The notes beneath the pieces were generated by a model. The model saw only the letters and a program-made list of their open reading frames with translations. It made no database searches and was not told the origin of the DNA. A stretch of DNA of 61,694 nucleotides from an uncultured Saprospiraceae bacterium (GTDB taxonomy: Bacteria > Bacteroidota > Bacteroidia > Chitinophagales > Saprospiraceae): contig CAKZUV010000055.1 in assembly GCA_937921555.1 (NCBI GenBank), positions 1 through 61,694 of the forward strand, given 5' to 3'. This document shows positions 31,064 through 40,838 of this stretch, piece by piece; the stretch's first letter is position 1, and every line of letters begins with the position of its first letter. Both the position numbers and the translations under genes were made by a program.

Positions 31064-31948
31064 GTGAAGAATATTCTGAATTTACCGAGTCCTTTAATAA
31101 AGCTATCTGCTGATTTTTTAAATAAAAAAGAGGTAGATCTGTGGATAAAGCGGGAAGATTTAATTCATCCATACCTCTCTGGCAATAAATGGCGGAAGCT
31201 GGAATTTAACCTGCAGGAGATGAGCAGGCAGGAAAAAAAAGGGATATTGACCTTTGGTGGCGCTTATTCTAATCATATTTACGCGACGGCTGCCGCTGGA
31301 AAATTATTCAATTTTTCAACTATTGGAATCATCCGGGGAGAGGAGACGCTGCCACTCAATCCAACCTTGTCCTTTGCCCGTCAGGCGGGAATGCGACTGG
31401 AATATCTGGACCGGACAACCTATCGTGACAAAGAAAAATCTACCGAAATTTATCAGACCCGCTATCCTGGTTATTATCTTTTGCCGGAAGGCGGCACCAA
31501 TATTCATGCGATTCCCGGCAGTGCCCGGACCGTGTCGGAAATCAGGGAACAGCTTCCGCAAATTCCTGATTATATCTGCCTGGCTTGTGGTACCGGAGGG
31601 ACATTGGCAGGTATCGTTTCCGGTTTAGACGGAGCGAGTAGGGTGCTGGGGTTTTCTGTATTGAAAGGGAATTTTCACCAACGTGATATTCAGAAACTAT
31701 TATTGGAAGCAAATATCAAAAATCCGCAAAACTGGTCCATTAACACCGACTATCATTTCGGTGGCTACGCCCGTCGTACTTCTGAACTGGATTTATTCAT
31801 TCGTGATTTTAAAAAGAAATATGGGATTCCGCTGGAATGGATTTATACCGGAAAGATGATGTACGGAGTATTTGATTTAATCAAGAAAGACTTTTTCCAG
31901 AAAGGTAGTAAGATCGTAGTGATTCATACCGGAGGGATATTTGAATAA
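31064..31948 (+). CDS. ACC deaminase / D-cysteine desulfhydrase family PLP enzyme
   Basis: GNKWRKLEF (PLP lysine region), GGAYSNH, GTGGTLAG. GTG start. Confidence 0.8.
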   Translation: MKNILNLPSPLIKLSADFLNKKEVDLWIKREDLIHPYLSGNKWRKLEFNLQEMSRQEKKGILTFGGAYSNHIYATAAAGKLFNFSTIGIIRGEETLPLNPTLSFARQAGMRLEYLDRTTYRDKEKSTEIYQTRYPGYYLLPEGGTNIHAIPGSARTVSEIREQLPQIPDYICLACGTGGTLAGIVSGLDGASRVLGFSVLKGNFHQRDIQKLLLEANIKNPQNWSINTDYHFGGYARRTSELDLFIRDFKKKYGIPLEWIYTGKMMYGVFDLIKKDFFQKGSKIVVIHTGGIFE

Positions 31949-32091
31949 ACGGGGGATAAGAATTGATTGGGTGAACTTGGAACTAGTGAGTTAATGTGAT
32001 TATTGAAGTAATAAAGTAATAAAGTAATGAAAAATTAATAATGAATAATGCCCGCGATCGCATAACTCAAAACCCAAAACTCACCTCCCCT

Positions 32092-34020
32092 CTACGGCGT
32101 CATCCGTTTCCCGTCCCGGTACCGTACCGGAAAAGCATCCGGAAATCCCATGGCCTTGGCCTTGTTCATCATTTCCCGGGCCTCCCGTAATGTGAAAAAA
32201 CGAGAAATCAATACCCGCGTCCAGCCACGTTCGGGGAGATATTCGGTATCAATCGTACCGTAAGAACGTACCTTGTCGTAATCTGCGCTTTGCTCGTAAA
32301 AAGTAACGACCACCGTCAATTGAACTTTATAATAAGTACCGGAATACGATTTATTTTTTTCTTTGGAAACAGTAGTAGATTTTGGTGGGGTGACGGGCGT
32401 TGAAAGGCGGGTTGATGGCTGTGAAGTAGTAGCGGTAGATGAGATCGATGTGTTACCAGTACTGGCAGTTGACCTGGTTCCAATTTTAAATTCATTGGAA
32501 TAAATCTTCTGATTGGAGTCGTGGGTATTAAAATTATAAGTTAGCGTTGGGTAGCCCATTTGGGTGACTTCCAAATTGAAATCCCGTTCCGGGAGTACAT
32601 CGAATTTAAAATCTTCCGTTTCAAAAAATTTGGAAATCAGCAATCTTCTCTGACCGTTGGTGGTAACTTCGTACAATGCCGCTTTGTATTTTTTATCTCG
32701 GCCGGGCTTGGTTTTTACTTTTCCTTTTACGATCATCCCGCTGCCAAATTTATTAATGGTATAAATGTCTGCGTCGTTTTTTCCTTCTTTTCCACTAAAA
32801 CTACGGGTTGAAACCAGGAACACATTTTCCTTTCGATCCTGATAGATATATCCAAAGTCATCGGCGGGAGAATTAACGGGTTGCCTTAAATTTTCTGGTT
32901 TCTTCCAGTTGACCGTCTCTCCGTTACTGCGAAAAATATCAAAGCCCCCCATTGTCGGATGGCCATTCGAGCTGAAGAATAAAGACCTTTGCTGTGGATC
33001 ATAAAAAGGAGTGATTTCATCTCCGATGGTATTAATTTCTGTTCCCGCATTTCTAGGGAAACTAAAATCAAATTCATCACTATCGATCCGACGGGTGGTG
33101 TACCAGATATCCATCCCGCCAAATCCATCAGGCCGGTCAGAAGCAAAATAGAGGATTTCGTTATTTCCGTTTTCCACGATGTGAGGATACATTGCTGTGG
33201 TTCCATCCATTCTGATATATTCCCGTAATCGCGCCGGAGCCGACCAGCTATTGTCTTTTTTTCGGGTAACAAAAATATCACATCCGGATCGCTTTCCACT
33301 CCAATCATTCTCTTTACAAACTGTAAAATAAAACCGTTTGCCATCCGTGCTGAATGATCCCTGACTGAGCGCACCGGCCGTCGCAACTGGCAATTTAGGC
33401 TCAATAGCTACCGACCATTCACCACCCTCCAGACGAGAACGTAAGATGTTTGTTTTATTGCTTCGGGGAGAAGTAAAGTAAAGAATGCCAGATGAAAAAG
33501 GAATCGGTGCGAAGTCGTGGCCGGGAGAATTTACGGCGCTACCCAGTCGGGAGAGCGTCGGTTGAAGTTCTGGATTTTCCATGCCTTCGGCGAGCAAACA
33601 ACCGGCAATTTCATTATCTACTAATTTTTGAATCAGTGTTTTGTCAAAACCCTTGTAGGTCCGGGCGTAGGTTTTTAAGGCGGCTTTGGCCTCCCGGTAG
33701 CGACCCTGGGATTTGATGGCCCGACCGTATTTCAGTCCTGCCAGTGGGAAAGCTCCGTCCGACTGAATTTTTCCAAAAGCCCGTTCGGCACTGATATAAT
33801 CGCCCGCCAGGAGATAAGCTTCTCCCGCTGCGTTGATGAATTCTTTTTTACTGGATTTGAGCCGGAAGGCAGATTCGTAGGCTTGTCCGGCGGCGGCGTA
33901 TTCCCCGTTTTTTTCCATTTCTTTGGCAGAACGGGAAAGTTGTTTCCAGTTTTGTGCCACCAGACCATTTCCCACAAGGAGCAATATTACAACAATGATA
34001 TTTATCCGGAACCTATTCAT
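32092..34020 (-). CDS. TPR + PD40 (TolB-like) repeat protein with SPOR-like C-terminus
   Basis: First ATG at 34020 gives signal peptide MNRFRINIIVVILLLVGNGLVAQ. PD40-type repeats (LYFASDRPDGFGGMDIWYT, LFFSSNGHPTMGGFDIFRS). C-terminal YYKVQLTVV...TRVLISRFFTLREAREM. Confidence 0.75.
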   Translation of the reverse strand: MNRFRINIIVVILLLVGNGLVAQNWKQLSRSAKEMEKNGEYAAAGQAYESAFRLKSSKKEFINAAGEAYLLAGDYISAERAFGKIQSDGAFPLAGLKYGRAIKSQGRYREAKAALKTYARTYKGFDKTLIQKLVDNEIAGCLLAEGMENPELQPTLSRLGSAVNSPGHDFAPIPFSSGILYFTSPRSNKTNILRSRLEGGEWSVAIEPKLPVATAGALSQGSFSTDGKRFYFTVCKENDWSGKRSGCDIFVTRKKDNSWSAPARLREYIRMDGTTAMYPHIVENGNNEILYFASDRPDGFGGMDIWYTTRRIDSDEFDFSFPRNAGTEINTIGDEITPFYDPQQRSLFFSSNGHPTMGGFDIFRSNGETVNWKKPENLRQPVNSPADDFGYIYQDRKENVFLVSTRSFSGKEGKNDADIYTINKFGSGMIVKGKVKTKPGRDKKYKAALYEVTTNGQRRLLISKFFETEDFKFDVLPERDFNLEVTQMGYPTLTYNFNTHDSNQKIYSNEFKIGTRSTASTGNTSISSTATTSQPSTRLSTPVTPPKSTTVSKEKNKSYSGTYYKVQLTVVVTFYEQSADYDKVRSYGTIDTEYLPERGWTRVLISRFFTLREAREMMNKAKAMGFPDAFPVRYRDGKRMTP

Positions 34021-34191
34021 ACTAACAAATTTAAACACAAAGTTACTTACTTAATCGTAAAAAAAGGTTAAAAGTTGCCGGAGTAATGGTCTTCGGAGAA
34101 GCGGGTAATTGTAAATCATAATTATCAGAGCAGTGGAAAAAGTAGCAACAGGAGCGAATGGTGCAGATCAATCATTTTTTACCTGGTATAT

Positions 34192-34776
34192 TTAGATTTC
34201 CCCGTTCTGGATAAACCGCCCTACCATCTCCACCGCTACCGGATACACCTGATGTTCCAGGCTCAAAACTTTCCGGGCGATATCTTCCGGCTGATCGGTG
34301 GGAGCTAACGGACAACGGGCTTGTAAAATAATATTTCCTTCGTCGTAGTGTTCGTTGACGTAATGTACGGTCGGGCCACTTTCTTTTTCTTTATTGTCAA
34401 AAACAGCCTGGTGTACATGGTGACCGTACATGCCTTTGCCACCGTATTTGGGTAAAAGTGCGGGGTGAATGTTGATAACTCTGTTAGGAAAGGCCTGAAC
34501 CAGATATTCCGGAATCAGCCAAAGAAAACCTGCCAGTACAATCAGATCAATCTGGTATGCATTTAATTTAGCCGTCAGGTCTTTTGTTTCATAAAAACCC
34601 TCCCGGTTGATGAGCAATGTTTCTATTCCATGTTTTTTCGCACGGTCTAAAATGCCCGCACTTTTACGATTGGAAACAATCAGACGTACCGAAAGATAAG
34701 GGTGATCTTTCAGATGGTTAATAATGGCTTCTGCGTTGGAGCCGCCGCCGGAAGCGAAGATGGCAATGTTGAGCAT
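34192..34776 (-). CDS. purN: phosphoribosylglycinamide formyltransferase
   Basis: MLNIAIFASGGGSNAEAII start at the internal ATG 34776, NIHPALLP motif. The 45-codon upstream extension of the listed ORF has no PurN counterpart. Confidence 0.9.
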   Translation of the reverse strand: MLNIAIFASGGGSNAEAIINHLKDHPYLSVRLIVSNRKSAGILDRAKKHGIETLLINREGFYETKDLTAKLNAYQIDLIVLAGFLWLIPEYLVQAFPNRVINIHPALLPKYGGKGMYGHHVHQAVFDNKEKESGPTVHYVNEHYDEGNIILQARCPLAPTDQPEDIARKVLSLEHQVYPVAVEMVGRFIQNGEI

Positions 34777-34914
34777 GGTAGCGGTTGGTTGAATGGTTTC
34801 GTTTTGTGTGAATCTGGTTTTGCTGTGCGTTATTGGTATTTTGCTATTTGCTTTCTTTAATCGCGTCAGCTTGCGCGATAGATGGAAGCAAGAAACAAAA
34901 TGCAGCACCAAAAC

Positions 34915-36534
34915 CTACTCCAGAAACTGCAATGTCGCCAGTTTAAATTTCTTTCCTCTTTCTCCGAATAAGATCATTTCCCGTTTGCCGGTTTGCCGGG
35001 AAACTTTGGGTCTGAAAAGCAGGTTGTCCTGTTCGTTGTTGATGAGGGGCGACATTTCGAGACTACCATCGCGGTTGATCTGCGCCAGGGAGATCAGTGT
35101 CCGTCGGGTACTCCCCGTAAAGCCATAAAGTTTATCGTCACTATTGTCGTAATTACGTGAATCATCATTGAAGATAAAAAACAGTTTGTCACGAACGATG
35201 GACATGGCGTACGAAGAAAAATAACCTCCGTCATTTCGGGTTTCCTGTGCTTTCGGAATACGGGTAGCCCAGTCGATTTCTCCGTTGGGTTTGATATTCG
35301 CTACAATCAAATCGTTGTAATTGTAGTAATAATCAGTTTGATTAATACCGCCACCAAAACGATTTACTCCAAAATTATCAAATTGATTCACGATGTCCAC
35401 GAAGTATTGTTCTCCCACCAAAACAGCTCCGCCATCGTTCCGGAGGATCAAATGATCGAGGGAAAAAGACCGGAGTTCTGCCTGTTTTTTTACTTCACCC
35501 TTTTCCTCTGCTTCTGCTGCTTTTGTTCGTTTGCGGTTGGAAAGATCAGCGGTCAGTAAATCAAAATCAAATTCTTTGGTATTGTTGGCGTATACTTCCT
35601 TGGTGACTGGATCAATCCGGAAAAAGTAAGTACCTCTGGCACTGGCCGTTCCTTTCTGGGAATAAAATCCCGCAAAAACCAGATGGCCGTCATTGGCAAT
35701 TTTAAAAGTCAGATCGGAGATGAAATAGTCTTCCAGTTCCAGTGGATATTCGACAAACTTTTCTCCCGTAGCGGAATAGGCCAGAATGCTGTAGCGATAA
35801 TTGGCTTTTCCTCTTTTAACTTCTTTGGATCCTTTATCGAATACGGTATTGAGCAAATATACGTTGCCGTCGTTGTCCACTTCAAAACTTTCGATGTTGA
35901 CATTTTGGTCCGGATAGGGTAGCGTAATTTCTTTTTCCCAAAGGAGTGTCATATCCTGATCGTACACATAAATGGAAAAAGTTTCCTGTGTTTTCCGGCG
36001 TTCAGGATTTTGATTATAGATCAATAACTTGGAACTGTCTTTAGAAATACTAAAATCGAAATAACCTTCGGCGGCCCGGTTTTTTGTTGGGTTTTCGGCT
36101 ACTTTTTTGAGTTTTCTGGAAGGTGTCAATCTGCGATAATCTACTTCCTGTGCGAAGAGATAATTTATTTTTTTAGCTTCATTATTAAAAGAAGTAAACA
36201 AATACATTTTTCCACCAAAAGGAATAATGCTTTCAAATTCTACTCTTTTTTTATTGTATTTCATGTCCAGTTTGACAGACTTGCGCATTTTCATCTGTGG
36301 GGTATAATGCTCCAGATAAATTTTGCTGGGACCGTCAAAACCCTGTTGTGTGGTCTTTTCCCGCAAGGCATAAATTCCGGTTTCGTTGGACGTGATAATT
36401 TTTGAAAGGTACGTTTTGGAAGGTTCGCTGATTTTCTGTCCCCAGGTCAGGCGGGTTTTCCCGTCGGGCAGTTGGGCGGAGAGCAGCGTAAATATTCCCA
36501 AAATAAAAAGGAGGATTAAAAAAGATATACGCAT
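34915..36534 (-). CDS. secreted hypothetical protein
   Basis: Signal peptide MRISFLILLFILGIFTLLSAQ. Long uninterrupted ORF with no recognisable motifs. Confidence 0.6.
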   Translation of the reverse strand: MRISFLILLFILGIFTLLSAQLPDGKTRLTWGQKISEPSKTYLSKIITSNETGIYALREKTTQQGFDGPSKIYLEHYTPQMKMRKSVKLDMKYNKKRVEFESIIPFGGKMYLFTSFNNEAKKINYLFAQEVDYRRLTPSRKLKKVAENPTKNRAAEGYFDFSISKDSSKLLIYNQNPERRKTQETFSIYVYDQDMTLLWEKEITLPYPDQNVNIESFEVDNDGNVYLLNTVFDKGSKEVKRGKANYRYSILAYSATGEKFVEYPLELEDYFISDLTFKIANDGHLVFAGFYSQKGTASARGTYFFRIDPVTKEVYANNTKEFDFDLLTADLSNRKRTKAAEAEEKGEVKKQAELRSFSLDHLILRNDGGAVLVGEQYFVDIVNQFDNFGVNRFGGGINQTDYYYNYNDLIVANIKPNGEIDWATRIPKAQETRNDGGYFSSYAMSIVRDKLFFIFNDDSRNYDNSDDKLYGFTGSTRRTLISLAQINRDGSLEMSPLINNEQDNLLFRPKVSRQTGKREMILFGERGKKFKLATLQFLE

Positions 36535-36700
36535 GTTTGGGTTGTTAAAAGGTTGAGATTGAGATGTTGAATCGTATCCGCAGATACTTATTTCTGCTCT
36601 TAAAACACTGTTTTTTTACGAATGTTTTCTGACGCGGCACCTACACCAGACCTTTAACAAAAATTAACAATTAATCATTGATGATCATTCTAAAATAAAC

Positions 36701-36716
36701 TTTAAACAAGCTCTAA
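36701..36716 (+). repeat. copy of the 16-nt intergenic word (TTTAAACAAGCTCTAA)
   Basis: Identical to the copy at 23799. Lies between two minus-strand genes. Confidence 0.65.
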
Positions 36717-36837
36717 AGTGTTAAAAGGAAAGTCTGGCAAAAAATCCTAAACTTTCACCTCCTGTCCTGGAGGGAAGGAAGATTTTATGATTTTTTAGCT
36801 TGCTGTTATCAACGGAGTGTATATCGGCACATCAAAA

Positions 36838-37740
36838 TCATCGTCCAATCGACCGGTACTTCGCTGCGTTCGCTGCGTCAATTTTAGTCATCACCTTTTT
36901 TGCGGTACTCTTGCTGGTGCTGTCGGCAATTTTGAAAATTTCAATTATTTCGTTGGATTTAGAATTGGCAAAGACCTGTAAGGACATAGAATTTGGGTAT
37001 GACTTTTCGGCTTTACCGATATCTTCCAGTACGGTAGCCATAACGAGGCGGGCCGTTTCCACGTCTTTATGCATCAGGTCCAGACCACGAATATGGTAAT
37101 CGTACATTCCCTGCCGGTAAGGACGCAATCGCGGATTGAGCATGCTTTCCTGCAACCAGTACCGGTTACGGTTTCCGTCCTGCGAACGCCAGCCACGGAA
37201 GGTTCCCGCTACGTTAGCAGGGATGGTATTGACAATTTCCTGTGCCCGGCGAAAATATTCTTCACCACCGAAAGGAGCAAACGTATCTCCGTCCAGTCCC
37301 AGAATAAAGTAAACGTAATATCCGAGGACCGAACTTAGATTATCCTGGTAGGAATTATTACTGAACTGAATGGGTTGAAACTGCTGATAAGAAAATTGGA
37401 AATCTTTATCATTGTGCGAAAGCAAAACCGTTTCGGAAACACTGCCATAGATCGGACGTGATGCCTGAATTTGAATACTTCCCGAAAATTCGGTAGGAGA
37501 GAGTTCCTCGGTGATATTGATTTGAATGTTACCGTTAATTCTTTCACTTGGTTCGTACACCTGATCTGTCCATTTTCTGGTATTGAGAAATTCCTCAATC
37601 TGCTGTTGCATATCTTCAAAAACAGCCGGATCAACTGTTTGGATTTTAGGTACATTGACCTTTACCTGAAAATTCATTTCCTGTGCCTGAATAAAATTAA
37701 AAGCCAGCAGGCAAATAAAAACGAGTACGCTATTTTTCAT
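36838..37740 (-). CDS. DUF4835-family protein (T9SS-associated, PorD-like)
   Basis: Signal peptide plus FQVKVNVPKIQTVDPAVFEDMQQQIEEFLNTRKWT-type N-terminus. Sits immediately downstream of coaBC, the usual Bacteroidota arrangement as I recall it. Confidence 0.65.
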   Translation of the reverse strand: MKNSVLVFICLLAFNFIQAQEMNFQVKVNVPKIQTVDPAVFEDMQQQIEEFLNTRKWTDQVYEPSERINGNIQINITEELSPTEFSGSIQIQASRPIYGSVSETVLLSHNDKDFQFSYQQFQPIQFSNNSYQDNLSSVLGYYVYFILGLDGDTFAPFGGEEYFRRAQEIVNTIPANVAGTFRGWRSQDGNRNRYWLQESMLNPRLRPYRQGMYDYHIRGLDLMHKDVETARLVMATVLEDIGKAEKSYPNSMSLQVFANSKSNEIIEIFKIADSTSKSTAKKVMTKIDAANAAKYRSIGR

Positions 37741-37742
37741 AA

Positions 37743-38969
37743 TTAAATTATTTTGACCAGTTCGTTGACAATGTCCGTTGCCACGGCAGTTTTTGATTTA
37801 AGGGGATATTCGAGCATCGTTCCGTCCGTGTGGAGGATCGTAATCTTGTTGGTATCGTGCCGAAATCCAGCTCCTTTATCCCTTAACGAATTTAAAACGA
37901 TAAAATTGAAGTTTTTCTTATGAAGTTTACCTTCGGCGTTGGTTTTTTCGTCATTTGTTTCCAGCGCAAAGCCGATGGTAATCTGTTTTTTTGTTTTACT
38001 GGCTCCCAGCGTAGCGGCAATATCCTGGGTTCGTTCCAGCAGAATAGACAAATCTCCTGCTTTCTTTTTGATTTTTTTATCGGATACTTTGGCTGGCCGG
38101 TAGTCCGCCACCGCAGCTGCTAAAATTGCTACGTCTGCTTTTTTAAAAAGATCCACTGCGACCCTGTACATTTCATGCGCAGACTCCACGGAGATGGTCT
38201 GAACGGCAGTATGTGTCGTTTTAAGATTAGAAGGCCCTAAAATCAACTGGACGCTGGCGCCCCGGCCCGCGAGTTCTTCGGCGATGGCGATACCCATTTT
38301 TCCGGACGACCGGTTGCCAATAAATCGGACCGGATCAATCGCTTCGTAGGTAGGTCCGGCGGTAACGATCACGGTTTTGCCCTTGAGGTCCTGTTCCCGG
38401 CTGGTAAAATCACTGATTAGTTGAACGATCTCGGCGGGCTCGGCCATTCTTCCGGCTCCGACCAAACCACTGGCCAGTTCACCGTGTCCCACCGGAATGA
38501 GGTGATTGCCGCCAGCCGTCAATTTTTCCAGATTGCTGCGCGTTGTGAAATGTTCCCACATATCCAGGTCCATAGCAGGCGCAAAAAACACTGGGCAACG
38601 TGCCGAGAGGTAGGCTGCCAGCAACATGTTGTCACAAATACCGTTGGCCATTTTTGCGAGCGTGTTAGCCGTAGCGGGAGCGATGACCATGACGTCGGCC
38701 CAGAGACCGAGTTTGACGTGGTTGTTCCAGCCTTCGGCGCTGTGGACATTGGAAAAAACGGGACGTTGAGAAAGGGTGCTGAGGGTCAGCGGACTGATAA
38801 AGTCGGTGGCGGATGGGGTCATGATGACTTGTACTTCCGCGCCTGCTTTGATAAAAAGCCGGGTGAGCAGTGCCGCTTTGTAAGCTGCGATACTGCCGCT
38901 GATGCCGAGGAGAATTTTTTTACCAGATAAGTTAGAATCCAAAATTTTAGTTTTAGACAAGACCTTCAT
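37743..38969 (-). CDS. coaBC: bifunctional phosphopantothenoylcysteine decarboxylase / phosphopantothenate-cysteine ligase
   Basis: GISGSIAAYKA flavoprotein N-domain, PAMDLDMW, VTAGPTYEAIDPVRFIGNRSSGKMG ligase domain. Confidence 0.95.
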   Translation of the reverse strand: MKVLSKTKILDSNLSGKKILLGISGSIAAYKAALLTRLFIKAGAEVQVIMTPSATDFISPLTLSTLSQRPVFSNVHSAEGWNNHVKLGLWADVMVIAPATANTLAKMANGICDNMLLAAYLSARCPVFFAPAMDLDMWEHFTTRSNLEKLTAGGNHLIPVGHGELASGLVGAGRMAEPAEIVQLISDFTSREQDLKGKTVIVTAGPTYEAIDPVRFIGNRSSGKMGIAIAEELAGRGASVQLILGPSNLKTTHTAVQTISVESAHEMYRVAVDLFKKADVAILAAAVADYRPAKVSDKKIKKKAGDLSILLERTQDIAATLGASKTKKQITIGFALETNDEKTNAEGKLHKKNFNFIVLNSLRDKGAGFRHDTNKITILHTDGTMLEYPLKSKTAVATDIVNELVKII

Positions 38970-39012
38970 TATTAAACTAATGCCTTCGGCACTGAGTTTC
39001 TACATAATATAA

Positions 39013-39074
39013 TCGCCACAAAGTCACAAAGGACACAAAGTTTTTTCTTCGTGTCCCTCGTGACTTTGTGGCGA
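39013..39074. repeat. long REP-like hairpin between rpoZ and coaBC
   Basis: TCGCCACAAAGTCAC-AAA-GGACAC ... GTGTCC-CTC-GTGACTTTGTGGCGA, with 15 + 6 bp paired around a 3-nt internal mismatch. Confidence 0.75.
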
Positions 39075-39150
39075 AACAAAATATTAAAAATACAGAAGAG
39101 GGCTAAATAACCCGCTGGCAGCTAGCCAGAAATATTTCTACTGTAATTAC

Positions 39151-39486
39151 TTAAAATTTCTTTTCTTCCCGGTCGTGGTAGTGTACTTCGCCGTTGGTAA
39201 ATTCGTCGCTGGCGATCAGTACCGGGTTTGGTAATCTTTCGTAGAACTTAGAGATTTCGATCTGTTCTTTATTTTCGTGAATTTCCTCGATGGTATCGGT
39301 ATTCACCGCAAATTCTTCGAGTTTGTTGTGCAACTCGTGTTTCAGATCGACAGAAATCTGTTTGGCTCTTTTAGAGATGATAACGATAGAACGGTAGACA
39401 TTTTTGGTGTCTTTGATCATTTCGTGAATATCTCTCGCACCACAATTTGGCTCCAGGCCCTGAACTCTTGATTTAATGTCCGACAT
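39151..39486 (-). CDS. rpoZ: DNA-directed RNA polymerase subunit omega
   Basis: YRSIVIISKRAKQI core helix, about 110 aa, located between bamD and coaBC. Confidence 0.7.
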   Translation of the reverse strand: MSDIKSRVQGLEPNCGARDIHEMIKDTKNVYRSIVIISKRAKQISVDLKHELHNKLEEFAVNTDTIEEIHENKEQIEISKFYERLPNPVLIASDEFTNGEVHYHDREEKKF

Positions 39487-40291
39487 TAGCGATAATTTTT
39501 AATTGCTTATTGGATTTATTGATAATTCTTTCGACTTCGTCGTTGTAACCACTTCTTGGGTGTTTACGAAGGAAGTTTTCGGTGTATTTCAAAGTATTAT
39601 TGTACCGGTCCGCCTGTTTGGCGAAGATGCTGTTTTCTGCCCAGTTAAAGTTTGATTTTATAATCAAATACCTTACCTCTTCGGCGTGGGGCGAGTCCGG
39701 AAAATCTTTCAGCAAATTCTGGAAAGACTGGGTAGCCGCCTGATACTGTTTCAGATCATAGTACAATGCTGCCTCTTTATACGCTTTATTTTCCAGTTTG
39801 GTTCGCATATTGGTAATCAGCTTATTGGCTTCTTTTACCTTTGGACTGGTCGGATAGGTATTAATGAATAACTGAAATCCGTCAATCGCCTTCTGCGTGT
39901 AAGTCTGGTCCAGCCGGTAAGAAGGACTGAGATTATAATTGGAATAATGTTCCATGTAATCGGCCTCTTCCCGGTACTGACTATTGGGAAATGTATTGGA
40001 AAAATTCTTAAAATAATAAGAAGCCAGGGTATATTTTTGCTGGTAATAGTTGGTATACGCGTAATAAAAATACGCCTTTTCAGCTTCGGGACGTCCCTTG
40101 TAAGCGCCGATTACGAGTTCGAATAAAGTCTGTGCTTTCGCCCAATCTTTATTTTCGTAGTATTCGTTGGCTTTTTTCAGCAATAATTCAGAATCTGTAC
40201 TGGTTCTCAGTTTCTCGTATTCACTCTTACAGGCGCTTCCTGCGATGAGAAAAAGACCAATTAAAAGACCGAAGATCAGTTGTTTATTCAT
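39473..40291 (-). CDS. bamD: outer-membrane protein assembly factor BamD
   Basis: Lipoprotein signal LFLIAGSAC, TPR-like repeats (AYFYYAYTNYYQQKY), synteny with rpoZ. Confidence 0.8.
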   Translation of the reverse strand: MNKQLIFGLLIGLFLIAGSACKSEYEKLRTSTDSELLLKKANEYYENKDWAKAQTLFELVIGAYKGRPEAEKAYFYYAYTNYYQQKYTLASYYFKNFSNTFPNSQYREEADYMEHYSNYNLSPSYRLDQTYTQKAIDGFQLFINTYPTSPKVKEANKLITNMRTKLENKAYKEAALYYDLKQYQAATQSFQNLLKDFPDSPHAEEVRYLIIKSNFNWAENSIFAKQADRYNNTLKYTENFLRKHPRSGYNDEVERIINKSNKQLKIIANVGH

Positions 40292-40652
40292 AGACGGGCA
40301 AAATTACGATTTTTTTATCAATTTTTAGTGAATTATAGGGTAGAAGAGCCTCATTGTTAAACGAAAAAAAGGGTGAAATATTACGAGTGAGTTGTTCTTG
40401 TTTTATCTATTTGGTATCTCTACAAAACATTCTGGAATAAAGTCTAATGTGATCCCGCTGGGATCTGCCTGGGTACATATTTCAAAACCTGAAGAATATT
40501 TCATCAATAAATAAAATAAAAATCGGGTACTTACCAGTTGGCTAGTTAGTATTTTTTGGTGTATCAGCGCCGGATTTACGTTTTTACAAAAATTCTTCCC
40601 TCAACTGGATAGACGGGAAAATACGAAAAGTGGTTGGGTTAAAAACGAACAA

Positions 40653-40670
40653 AGCCGGCAATTGCCGGCT
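40653..40670 (-). terminator. perfect 18-nt palindrome, possible terminator of the 40839..41441 gene
   Basis: AGCCGGCAATTGCCGGCT, followed on the minus strand by TTGTTCGTTTTT. Confidence 0.4.
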
Positions 40671-40838
40671 CTGTGTTGGTTGGAAGTATCTATGCCTCCA
40701 TAGTGTTACGGTAGTTTTCCCAACCATTATTATTAGACTTCTGAAAGGAAGCTCAAAAGCGAGAGAATGAACTACAAATGTAAAGATGTTTTTCACATAA
40801 TCAAAATATTTAATGTTTTATTGTTTTAACAAAACGAA

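Noticed and set aside
34777-34911. N-terminal extensions of listed ORFs: purN to 34911, yidD to 49269, the OMP gene to 10729, the PD40 protein to 34038, ftsK to 61333, dprA from 5230
   Set aside because: The extensions begin at TTG or GTG codons, add residues with no counterpart in the families concerned, and internal ATGs give canonical N-termini or signal peptides.
40584-40796. 70-codon ORF in the 546-nt gap upstream of bamD
   Set aside because: It spans the 18-nt palindrome at 40653-40670, and its composition and sequence are not protein-like.
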